NCBI GenBank assembly: GCA_038231435.1 | Contig: JBBRLJ010000003.1 | Coordinates: 32,001-96,000 of the forward strand | Direction of reading: 5' to 3' | Length of the DNA: 64,000 nt | Source of the DNA: Planctomycetota bacterium | GTDB taxonomy: Bacteria > Planctomycetota > UBA11346 | Part shown: piece by piece, positions 19,324 to 27,570 of the stretch | Numbering within the stretch: position 1 is the first letter of the stretch | How the letters are laid out: each line of letters begins with the position of its first letter | The notes under the pieces: generated by a model | What the model was told of the DNA's origin: nothing | What the model saw: the letters and a program-made list of their open reading frames with translations, nothing else | Databases searched by the model: none | Translations under genes and position numbers: made by a program

Positions 19324-21183
19324 ATGACCGCCAGCTCCGCCAACCGCTCGTCTTCTTCTCCTTCTTCTTCAAAAGCGGCTCTCACCCCGAGCGGGCCAGG
19401 AAGAAGCTTACCCGCCTGGAAGCTTCCCTACGCCCGCCTGCTCGAGCGCTGGTGCCGCGCGCTGCTCGCGCACCAGGTGCACGGCATGGGTCCGGGTCTG
19501 GACGGCGGCCTGCTCTGCCCGGCATGCGCGCGCGTGCATGGCCGCTGCGCCGATGCCGTGCATCCACTGCTGTGCCAGGCGTGGATCAGCGGGGACATGC
19601 GCTATCGCGACGCCGCCATCGCCTTGCTCGACTGGTCACAGGCGGTGAGCGGCGACGACGGCAGCTGGACCAACGAGATCAGCGGGCACGAGTGGAAGGG
19701 CATCACGGTCTTCAGCGTGATCGCGCTGGGCGAGGCGCTCCGCCATCATGGCGATCTGCTCAACAGGCCGACCTGCGCGCGATGGCGCGAGCGCCTGCGT
19801 CGCGGCGCCGACTACGTCCACGCCAACCTGACCATTGCCACCGGCAACATCAATTACCCGGTCGCCGCCGCGGCGGCGTTGGCAGTCTGCAGCGCGGTGC
19901 TTGGCGAGGCGCGCTACGCCAACCGCGCACGCGAACTGGCAGCTTCGTGCATGGAATTCTTCACCGCGCACGACTCCATCCCCTGGGGCGAGGGCTCCAA
20001 ACAGCCGTCGCCACGCGGCCTGCGCGCGGTCGACCTGGGCTACAACGTCGAGGAGACGCTGCCGAACCTGGGATTGTACGCATCGATCCTCGGTGACAGC
20101 GCCGTCCTCGATGTGGTCGAACGTTCATGGCGCGTCCACCTCGAATTCATGCTGCCGGACGGCGGCTGGGATGACAGCTGGGGGACGCGCCTGGCGAAAT
20201 GGACCTGGTGGGGCAGCCGCACCTCCGATGGTTGCGCGGGCGGACTGTTGTTGTTCGCCAATCACGACGCGACATTCGCCGAGGCGGCGGCGCGCAATCT
20301 TGCGCTGCTCGAGCGCTGCACCCACGACGGCCTCCTCTACGGAGGCCCGCACCATCACGCGCGCGGTTTCGCCCCATGCATCCACCACACCTTCTGCCAC
20401 GCGCGCTCGATCGCCGCGGCGCTCGATCTCGGCGTCGATCCTGCAGCGAACCGGATCTCTGCCCCCGCCCAAGGCGTGCGCTCGTACCCTGATCTAGCGA
20501 CCTGGATCGTCCGCCGCGGCCCGTGGCGGGCGACCCTGACCGCGAGCGACACGATGAATCCCGATGTGCTGAGCAGTCATCCGAGCGGAGGATCGTTGTC
20601 GCTGCTGTGGCACGAGCGCACCGGGCCGCTGCTGTGCGCGAGCATGGCGGAGTTCCGCCTGGTCGAGCCGAGCAACATGCAGACCGCGCGGCGCGCGAGC
20701 GACATGGCGACAGCGACGCCACGACTGGAATGCGACATCGACGGCACCGTCTATCGCACGGACCTCGACATCCAGGCCGAGGTGGCGGTCGTCGACGAGC
20801 GCACGCTTGAGGTACGTGCTCGCCTGGTCGATTCCAGGCATGCCGATCCAGCAACGGGCCCGCTGCGTGCCGTCACGACCTACCGATTCTCGGCCGAGGC
20901 TTTAGAGATCGACGTGCGCGCCGATGCGAGCTACGCCGCGCACGTCCGACTGGTGTTGCCCGTGGTCTCGCTCGCCGACGAGCCCCTGCGAGCGATCGCG
21001 GGCGGCATCGAGCTGGTCAAGCCTGGCGCCGTGGTCACCGTTTCTGCCATCAACGCCGACGGCGACGCAGCTCCTCAGCCACTCCCCGCCGGTCGGGTCT
21101 TCAACCAGGTTCCCGGTTTCGAGGCCGTGCCACTGTCCTACGGGGTCGGTCGAGGGCTGCGATTGCGCCTTTCGGTGCGATGA
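19324..21183 (+). CDS. Conserved hypothetical protein, predicted alpha/alpha barrel plus beta-sandwich (heparinase/lyase-like architecture)
   Basis: Long ORF with helical N-half (CPACARVHGRC, NINY, VDLGYNVEE, DDSWGTR..KWTWWGSRTSDG, CIHHTFCHA) and beta-rich C-half. The fold is inferred. Confidence 0.6.
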   Translation: MTASSANRSSSSPSSSKAALTPSGPGRSLPAWKLPYARLLERWCRALLAHQVHGMGPGLDGGLLCPACARVHGRCADAVHPLLCQAWISGDMRYRDAAIALLDWSQAVSGDDGSWTNEISGHEWKGITVFSVIALGEALRHHGDLLNRPTCARWRERLRRGADYVHANLTIATGNINYPVAAAAALAVCSAVLGEARYANRARELAASCMEFFTAHDSIPWGEGSKQPSPRGLRAVDLGYNVEETLPNLGLYASILGDSAVLDVVERSWRVHLEFMLPDGGWDDSWGTRLAKWTWWGSRTSDGCAGGLLLFANHDATFAEAAARNLALLERCTHDGLLYGGPHHHARGFAPCIHHTFCHARSIAAALDLGVDPAANRISAPAQGVRSYPDLATWIVRRGPWRATLTASDTMNPDVLSSHPSGGSLSLLWHERTGPLLCASMAEFRLVEPSNMQTARRASDMATATPRLECDIDGTVYRTDLDIQAEVAVVDERTLEVRARLVDSRHADPATGPLRAVTTYRFSAEALEIDVRADASYAAHVRLVLPVVSLADEPLRAIAGGIELVKPGAVVTVSAINADGDAAPQPLPAGRVFNQVPGFEAVPLSYGVGRGLRLRLSVR

Positions 21184-21185
21184 TC

Positions 21186-21280
21186 ATGACCATATTTGAC
21201 ATCATAAAGACCAGCTCGGGTATGTAATGCTGGATTCATCGATTAAGATGCCATTCATCTGCCGAAGCATATGACCATAT
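21186..21280. promoter_or_regulatory. AT-rich promoter region with a direct repeat ATGACCATAT (21186-21195, 21271-21280) and TTGACA at 21196
   Basis: Locally AT-rich intergenic stretch in high-GC DNA, with an exact 10-bp repeat. No -10 box at canonical spacing from the TTGACA. Confidence 0.45.
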
Positions 21281-21338
21281 CCACTGTGTGGCGAACGAAC
21301 TTTTCGCGACGCGGTCCGGACGCCGGCCCAGGAGCCAC

Positions 21339-22178
21339 ATGACCAACGCGACCGCTACCTCCGCCAAGCCCCTGACCGACGCCCAGACCAAGCACTTCGC
21401 CGAGCGCGGCTACCTGGTGCTCGACGGCTTCATCCCGCAGCCTCTCAACGACCTGCTCAAGCGCGAGATCGACACCTGGCTCGCCGCCGCCAAGGGCGAC
21501 GACGACCGCTACGCGACGCCGACGGGCGAGGCGCCTAAGCGTCCTCTGCAGATCGAACTGCCGGAGCACGGCAAGCTCGTCAGCCATCCGCCCCTGATGG
21601 ACATCATGGAGCAGCTGATGGGGCCGGGCTTCGGCTACCATCACCTCCACACCGCGCGCCACGACGCCGGCTGCGACGGCGTGAACTGGCACCACGACTA
21701 CGAGCAATACCCGCAGGCCAACCGTTCGCACCTGATGACGCACGTCTTCTACTACCTCAATGGGCTCGACGGCACCGTCGGCGATCTGCTCGCGCTGCCG
21801 GGGACGCAGAACCTGGTGATGGAGCGCAACGCCTACTCGGTGTGCGGTACCGGCACGCTCCCCGGCGAGATGGTGTTCGACAACCTCTCGCCCGGTTCGG
21901 CGGTGATCGTCCACTCGGCATTGCTGCACGCCCGTCGCGCCAAGCCGGGGGGCGAGGGCAAGGCGCGCTACTTCATCGACTGCTCGTACTGCCAAGCTGG
22001 CACCGCCTGGCCGGCGTCATGGAACTACAAACAGCAGTTCGCGCGCGCGCGCGAACTCGGCCTCGATCGCGGCGGCCGATACGCCCATCTCTTCGACGAA
22101 GCAACCTTCTTCGATCCGCAGAAGGGCATGGAGAAATTGCGCGCGATCAACAAGGGCAGCCTGGTGCAACGACTCTAG
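21339..22178 (+). CDS. PhyH-family Fe(II)/2-oxoglutarate dioxygenase
   Basis: LTDAQTKHFAERGYLVL, WHHD (HxD) and distal LLHARR. GGAG ribosome-binding site. Confidence 0.85.
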   Translation: MTNATATSAKPLTDAQTKHFAERGYLVLDGFIPQPLNDLLKREIDTWLAAAKGDDDRYATPTGEAPKRPLQIELPEHGKLVSHPPLMDIMEQLMGPGFGYHHLHTARHDAGCDGVNWHHDYEQYPQANRSHLMTHVFYYLNGLDGTVGDLLALPGTQNLVMERNAYSVCGTGTLPGEMVFDNLSPGSAVIVHSALLHARRAKPGGEGKARYFIDCSYCQAGTAWPASWNYKQQFARARELGLDRGGRYAHLFDEATFFDPQKGMEKLRAINKGSLVQRL

Positions 22179-22318
22179 GAGCACCACTGGTGCAGGCTCT
22201 AATAGGACTCTAAATACGTTTTAATACAGTGCTTTAGTGACTTCGGCACGATCCGCGCGATGCCGGCGCGGCTGGACGCGCGGCCCTGACGAAGCACTAT
22301 CAGGGCTGGAGAGCCGAC

Positions 22319-23122
22319 ATGCAACTCACGCAGGAGCAACGAACCAGCTTCATCAGCGACGGTTACGTGTGCGTGCCGGGCGCGGTCCCACGCGCGCAGG
22401 TCGACGCGGTGGTGCGCGCCATCAACCACGATATCGGCAAAGGCATTGATCCGGCGATGCTGCCGACGTACCGCGTCCAGAGCTACTGCCCGTCGCTGGT
22501 GTCGACTCCGCTGGTGACTGGGCTGTTCAACGATTCGCCAGCGATGGCACTGTTCCAATCCGCGCTCGGCGCGGGCCGGGTGAAGCCGGTCACTGGTTCG
22601 CAGATCGCCTTGCGCTTCCCCGGCAGCGCCAATCCGCCGATCAACCCGCCTATCAACTCGCCCAAGCTCAACCCGCCGCACGTCGACGGCATCTCCAACG
22701 CCGAAGGCACCAACGGCGTGCCCAAGGGCAGCATTGCCAACTTCACCGCGCTCGCCTGCATCCTGCTGAGCGATCTACCCGAGCCGCTGTCGGGCAATTT
22801 CATGGTCTGGCCTGGTACCCACCGCAGCAACGCCGCGCATCTGCGCGTGCATGGCTCGCGGGCGCTCTTGCACGGCATGCCGAATACCAACTTGCCCGAG
22901 CCGGTGCAGATCACTGGCCGCGCCGGAGACCTGATCATAGCTCATTACCTGCTGGGCCACAGCGTGGCTCCGCACCTCTCGCCGCACATCCGCTACGCCT
23001 GCTTCTTCCGCGTCGAAACCATCGATCACGAGGAGACGCGCGAAGCGTCGCTCACCGACGAATGGCTCGAGTGGCACGGATTGCGCGACCTCCATTGCAG
23101 GGGCTTAGCCCCTACGGCCTGA
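22319..23122 (+). CDS. PhyH-family Fe(II)/2-oxoglutarate dioxygenase
   Basis: LTQEQRTSFISDGYV, PHVDG, GNFMVWPGTH, AGDLIIAHYLLGH...R. Confidence 0.87.
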   Translation: MQLTQEQRTSFISDGYVCVPGAVPRAQVDAVVRAINHDIGKGIDPAMLPTYRVQSYCPSLVSTPLVTGLFNDSPAMALFQSALGAGRVKPVTGSQIALRFPGSANPPINPPINSPKLNPPHVDGISNAEGTNGVPKGSIANFTALACILLSDLPEPLSGNFMVWPGTHRSNAAHLRVHGSRALLHGMPNTNLPEPVQITGRAGDLIIAHYLLGHSVAPHLSPHIRYACFFRVETIDHEETREASLTDEWLEWHGLRDLHCRGLAPTA

Positions 23123-23172
23123 CGGCCTACCCCACGGGCTTGGTCGTGGAGCGACGGGGCCCCGGGGTAGGC
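23098..23172. repeat. REP-like element, type B (GTAG-footed hairpins on the minus strand), overlapping the end of the second phyH gene
   Basis: CAGGGGCTTAGCCCCTACGGCCT...GCCTACCCCACGGG closely matches 53671-53710. GCCTACCCC pairs with GGGGTAGGC at 23164-23172. Confidence 0.75.
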
Positions 23173-23234
23173 ATGTCAGATGATGGGCGACGTCGTCCGT
23201 GCATTGGGGTCTGCGAGAGAACTCCCGGAATTAC

Positions 23235-24029
23235 TCAGCTGGGACGGACAGTGCTCGGAGCGCTGCCGTGGCGGGCGCGCCAGGCGCGCGTGAGATCCGC
23301 GCGACGCGCGAATCCCGCCTGCTCCGCCGCCTCGGCGACGCTCGCGCCTTCGTCCAGCAGGTGGCGCGCCATGCCCAGGCGCAGCTGCAGGATCATCTGC
23401 TTGGGCGAGGCACGGAAGAACGCCTTGAACACCGCGTGCGCCTGGCTGGGGCCGAGCCCGCTGGCCGCGAGGATGCGGCGCGTCGTCAATCCTGGCGTCA
23501 TCGGCCACAACGCCGCAGTCATGCGATCGAGCGCTGGATTCGGATAACTCATGGTCGCGAGGCGTTCGGCCGCCAGGCCACGGCACAGCCGCCGCCCCAA
23601 CTCCCGGCGATCGTCCGCCGACGAGCTGCGGGTAAGGCGCTCGCACCAGCCATGGTACGGCTGCAGCGGTGCGCGGCCCCAGACCCGCACGCCGTCGCCG
23701 CGCACCTCGAAGTCGGTCACGTCGCTCACCGCGCCGATGTCGATGTACTGCGCCTTCGCCCGCAGCGGCGCGTGGCGGTGGCGCGTCGCCGGAGGGATCG
23801 CCAACGCCTCACCGGCGAGCAGGTCGTGGCTGCCCTGGGGGCCGCCCTCGATGCGCACCGCGCCCGCGAGGCAGACGACCACCGTCGGGATGTGATGGAG
23901 ATGATCGCCGACGTCGCGTGGGCAGGAACGCGCGACCCAGCGGTCGGCGCGCCCGAGGCTCTCGCCCGCAGCTGCCAACCGTGCCATCGCCCGCGCCAGA
24001 TCCGGGTCATGCAACGAAGTGGCCGCCAT
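23235..24029 (-). CDS. AraC-family transcriptional regulator
   Basis: Cupin HLHHIPTVV...IPPATRH. HTH ARHLLDEGASVAEAAEQAGFARRADLTRAWR...APS. Confidence 0.85.
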   Translation of the reverse strand: MAATSLHDPDLARAMARLAAAGESLGRADRWVARSCPRDVGDHLHHIPTVVVCLAGAVRIEGGPQGSHDLLAGEALAIPPATRHRHAPLRAKAQYIDIGAVSDVTDFEVRGDGVRVWGRAPLQPYHGWCERLTRSSSADDRRELGRRLCRGLAAERLATMSYPNPALDRMTAALWPMTPGLTTRRILAASGLGPSQAHAVFKAFFRASPKQMILQLRLGMARHLLDEGASVAEAAEQAGFARRADLTRAWRARHGSAPSTVRPS

Positions 24030-24151
24030 GCGGGCAGCATAGGACCATAACCTACGGTCTCAATCGCAGTTCGTGTACCCAGGATCGCGAGAGGACCGGC
24101 CTCCGCCCACTCCCGGTGCGTAAGCATTGGGGCAACCAGCCGGAGCTTGCC

Positions 24152-25015
24152 GTGATCACCATCCCGATCTCCCCGGACGAACGCCTCGCCGGAACCATCT
24201 CGGACACCCACCTGTGCGAAGCCGTCGCGGCGATGCGCGAGGATGGCGCGGTGGTGCTCGAGGGCGCGGTGGATCCCGTGCACGTCGCTGGCTTGCGCGA
24301 GCGGATGCTCGCCGACGTCGAGCGCGTGCTGGCGCGCACGGACGTGCCGTACAATTTCAACCGCGGCAACGTGCAGCAGTCTCCACCGCGCGCGGCGCGC
24401 TGGCTGTTCCGTGACGTGCTCTGCAACGAGCAGGCGATCGCCGTGACCCGCGCACTGCTCGGCCCGGGGCCCACCAACAACTTCTACAGCGGCAACACCG
24501 CCTTGCCGCACTCGAGCGAGCGCCAGCCGGTGCACGTCGATGGCGGGCATCTGTGGCCAGCCGATGCCGGATACACCCCGCCGAACGGCATCGTGGTCAA
24601 TCTGCCGCTGGTGGACATGGATGCCGGCAACGGTTCGACCGAACTCTGGCTCGGGTCGCATCGCGACCTCACCATGCATGTGTCCATGGATCTGCCGGTT
24701 CCAGCTGCCGCCATCGCCCAGCGCCGCGCGCACTGCCCGCCGCTGCAACCGCGTGTCGTGGCCGGAAGCCTGCTGCTGCGCGATCTCCGCCTGTGGCACG
24801 CGGGCATGCCGAACCCGAGCGCGTCGCCACGGCCGATGATCGCGATGATCCATTGGGCATCGTGGTGGCGGAATCAGGACGTGCTCGAGTTCCCGACAGA
24901 TGCCGAGCTGATCCTCGCTCATGGGGAATTGCGCACGAACGCCCGCTTCGTCGCGGGCGCGATCGACCACACGCTCCTGGACCATGCCTATGCATTCACT
25001 GGATCCGACGTCTAG
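24152..25015 (+). CDS. PhyH-family Fe(II)/2-oxoglutarate dioxygenase
   Basis: GTG start after GGAG. Motifs QPVHVDG, NGSTELWLGSH, GSLLLRDLRLWHAG..N...PRPM. Confidence 0.87.
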   Translation: MITIPISPDERLAGTISDTHLCEAVAAMREDGAVVLEGAVDPVHVAGLRERMLADVERVLARTDVPYNFNRGNVQQSPPRAARWLFRDVLCNEQAIAVTRALLGPGPTNNFYSGNTALPHSSERQPVHVDGGHLWPADAGYTPPNGIVVNLPLVDMDAGNGSTELWLGSHRDLTMHVSMDLPVPAAAIAQRRAHCPPLQPRVVAGSLLLRDLRLWHAGMPNPSASPRPMIAMIHWASWWRNQDVLEFPTDAELILAHGELRTNARFVAGAIDHTLLDHAYAFTGSDV

Positions 25016-25135
25016 ACGTCCAGTGGATCAGGCGGCTTGGTGCGCCACGGCCTCGCCAAGGAATCCTGGGCACCCGGGCTACCAAGCACCCGGCCGCTTC
25101 TTCCATACCACGCTCCTGCGGGTACGACGAGCAGC

Positions 25136-27436
25136 ATGCCGACACGTCGCCTGGTCATCTCGTGTTGCCTCGCGGTCTCGGCATGGTCGCTCGCCCCGCA
25201 GGCCGGGGCTCAGGACGACATGCGCCTGCGGGCGATCCGTGCGGCATCAGGCGAGGATGCAGGGATCGGCGCCGGCCGCGTGGCTCCGGCGCCGGCGCGC
25301 TCCAGCGGGTTCGCCAACCTGCTGCCGCCCGCGCCCTCGATCACCGGCGTCACCGCCACGCCAGCGGGCGCCGTCGGCCAGTTCACCAAGCTGGAGCTGA
25401 CCGTCGCGATGACCAATGCCGCCGGGACGTACGATCCGGATCCGGCGCACGCCGCGGGCGTCGACCTGAGCGGAACATTCATCGGCTCGGCCGGCGGATC
25501 CGCGCCACAGGTCATTCCCGGATTCTTCGACGGCACCGCGTGGAAGATCCGTTTCGCGCCCGACCAGCCGGGCGCCTGGACCTATCGCATCGATGTCACG
25601 ACCGCCGGAGGGTCCGCCGCCTTCACCACCGGCTCGTTCGCGTGCACGATATCCTCGGGCCATGGGTGGTTGCGCGCGTCGGGCACGCGCCTGGTCTTCA
25701 ACGACGGCACCGGCTTCATCGGCAATGGCCACAACAGTGGTTGGCAGACCGATGCTGAGACTCCGCCGCTCGCGCAGATGGCAGCTGGTGTCGAGAACCT
25801 GCTGAGCTTCTGGCTGGTACAGCCGTGGGCCTCGACCGATCCCGCGAGCGGCGGCAACTACAATCCGACGCGCGCGCCGATCGAGAACGCCTTCCACGGA
25901 CTCGGCAACTACGAGCAGCCGTCGTGCCAGTACATCGATGGCGTCGTGCAGCGCGCCGAGGCGGCCGGCGTCTATCTGCTGCCTTCGATCTGGGCGCATG
26001 ACCAGCTGCATACGCCCACCACCCCAGTGGCCGACGGCTGGCCCTCCTCCTGGGACAACAATCCCTACCAGACGATTTGCGCTCCGGCCGCGTTCTTCAC
26101 CCTGACCAGCGGCAGCGTGGACACGCCGCAGTGGACCTATCAGAAGAATTTCTACCGCTACCTCATCGCGCGCTGGGGCTACAGCACCGCGATCGCGGGC
26201 TGGGTCGCGGTGGTCGAGGCGGAAGGCACGACGGCGGGCGCGGCGAGCATGTCGCAGGCGTCCACGTGGAGCGCCGCCGTGAACAGCTGGTTCGCGGCCA
26301 TCGATCCGTTCCGGGGACCCGCGTCGACCTATCCCATGGGCATCAGCCGCAGCGACGGCTCCGCATCGGCGCTGACCTGGACGACCGGCTGCGGCCTGCG
26401 CGCGTACGATTCGTACCAGTCGAAGAACAGCGACACCGCCATCGGTGCAACGATCGCGACCCAGACCCGCACCATGCGTGGCGGCGGCGCGCCGGTCCTC
26501 CACAGCGAGTTCGGCGGCGATGTCTCGGGCGGCGCGAACCAGCCAGCGCATCTGCATGCAGGCTTGTGGGCGGGGCTCGCGGCCGGGTCCGCCATGACGC
26601 CGCTGTTGTGGACCGACGGCGGATCGTACCCCCTGCTGACCGATGCGACCTCGGGCGCGGCCATGCGCGACGAGTACGCGCGCCTGGCGCAGTTCGGCGC
26701 CACGATCCCCTGGGCCGCCGGTCCAGGCGTGGCCGAATCCGCGCTGACCATCAGCGGCGGAGCGACCTACGCAGCCTGGGGCATGCAGCTGGGCGATCGC
26801 GGCTGGGCCTGGATCCAGAATTCCGCCGGCACCATCTCGCCCCAGACCCTGACCGCGGCGGGGTGCTCGCCCGGCACCTACCGCGTCGCCTGGCACGATC
26901 CGTGGAGCGCCAGCGGCATCCCGATGGCCGTGGTCGCCCCCGTGGTGGTGGGCGGTGGCGGCATCCTGTCGGTCGGTGTTCCCGCCCACGCGCGCCGCGA
27001 CATCGCCTGCCGCTTCTGGCGCAATGCCGCACCCACCGCGAGTGCCCAGGCGGTCGCGATCGCGGGAGCCACCGCGATCACGCTCGCCGGCGCAGATGCG
27101 GATGGGGATGCGCTCGCCTTCGTCATCGCGACGCCTCCCGCCCACGGGACGCTCACCGGGACGCCTCCGTCCGTGACCTATGTGCCCGGCAGCGATTACG
27201 CCGGCAGCGATGTCTTCACCTTCACCACGGGCGACGGCCTGGCCTCGTCGGCGCCCGCCACCGTCACCCTCTCAACGGCGGCCGCGGCGACCTCGGGAAG
27301 CGGCGGCACCGCTCCGGGCATCGGTGGTGGTGGTGGTGGTGGTGGTGGCTGTGGCCTCGGTGGTCTGTTCGGCCTGGTCACGGTCCTGGCGCTCTTCGCG
27401 AGTCGCCGGGGCACGGGGCCCAGACCCCGTTCCTGA
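25136..27436 (+). CDS. Secreted, surface-anchored putative glycoside hydrolase: DUF5060-like Ig domain, clan GH-A-like barrel, Big_9/cadherin-like domain, Gly-Cys C-terminal sorting signal
   Basis: Signal peptide; PGFFDGTAWKIRFAPDQPGAWTY; RYLIARWGYS; candidate catalytic Glu in VVEAE and HSEFGG; NAAPTA...DADGDALAF...PAHGTL...GSDVFTF; tail G9-CGLGG, TM helix, RR. Confidence 0.72.
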   Translation: MPTRRLVISCCLAVSAWSLAPQAGAQDDMRLRAIRAASGEDAGIGAGRVAPAPARSSGFANLLPPAPSITGVTATPAGAVGQFTKLELTVAMTNAAGTYDPDPAHAAGVDLSGTFIGSAGGSAPQVIPGFFDGTAWKIRFAPDQPGAWTYRIDVTTAGGSAAFTTGSFACTISSGHGWLRASGTRLVFNDGTGFIGNGHNSGWQTDAETPPLAQMAAGVENLLSFWLVQPWASTDPASGGNYNPTRAPIENAFHGLGNYEQPSCQYIDGVVQRAEAAGVYLLPSIWAHDQLHTPTTPVADGWPSSWDNNPYQTICAPAAFFTLTSGSVDTPQWTYQKNFYRYLIARWGYSTAIAGWVAVVEAEGTTAGAASMSQASTWSAAVNSWFAAIDPFRGPASTYPMGISRSDGSASALTWTTGCGLRAYDSYQSKNSDTAIGATIATQTRTMRGGGAPVLHSEFGGDVSGGANQPAHLHAGLWAGLAAGSAMTPLLWTDGGSYPLLTDATSGAAMRDEYARLAQFGATIPWAAGPGVAESALTISGGATYAAWGMQLGDRGWAWIQNSAGTISPQTLTAAGCSPGTYRVAWHDPWSASGIPMAVVAPVVVGGGGILSVGVPAHARRDIACRFWRNAAPTASAQAVAIAGATAITLAGADADGDALAFVIATPPAHGTLTGTPPSVTYVPGSDYAGSDVFTFTTGDGLASSAPATVTLSTAAAATSGSGGTAPGIGGGGGGGGGCGLGGLFGLVTVLALFASRRGTGPRPRS

Positions 27437-27570
27437 CTCCCTGACCGGCCGAACTCAGCGCGCCGGGCCGGCTTCGGATCAGCGCGCGACTTTCCCCTGT
27501 CGCATGCCGTAGCATATGGAACGGCTTCCGCTTACGCCGTCACAGGCTCGTCCTGGCGGCGTTTCCGCAC

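Noticed and set aside
27323..27349. (GGT)8 tract as a phase-variation switch
   Set aside because: A trinucleotide repeat keeps the frame; it encodes the Gly linker of the sorting signal.
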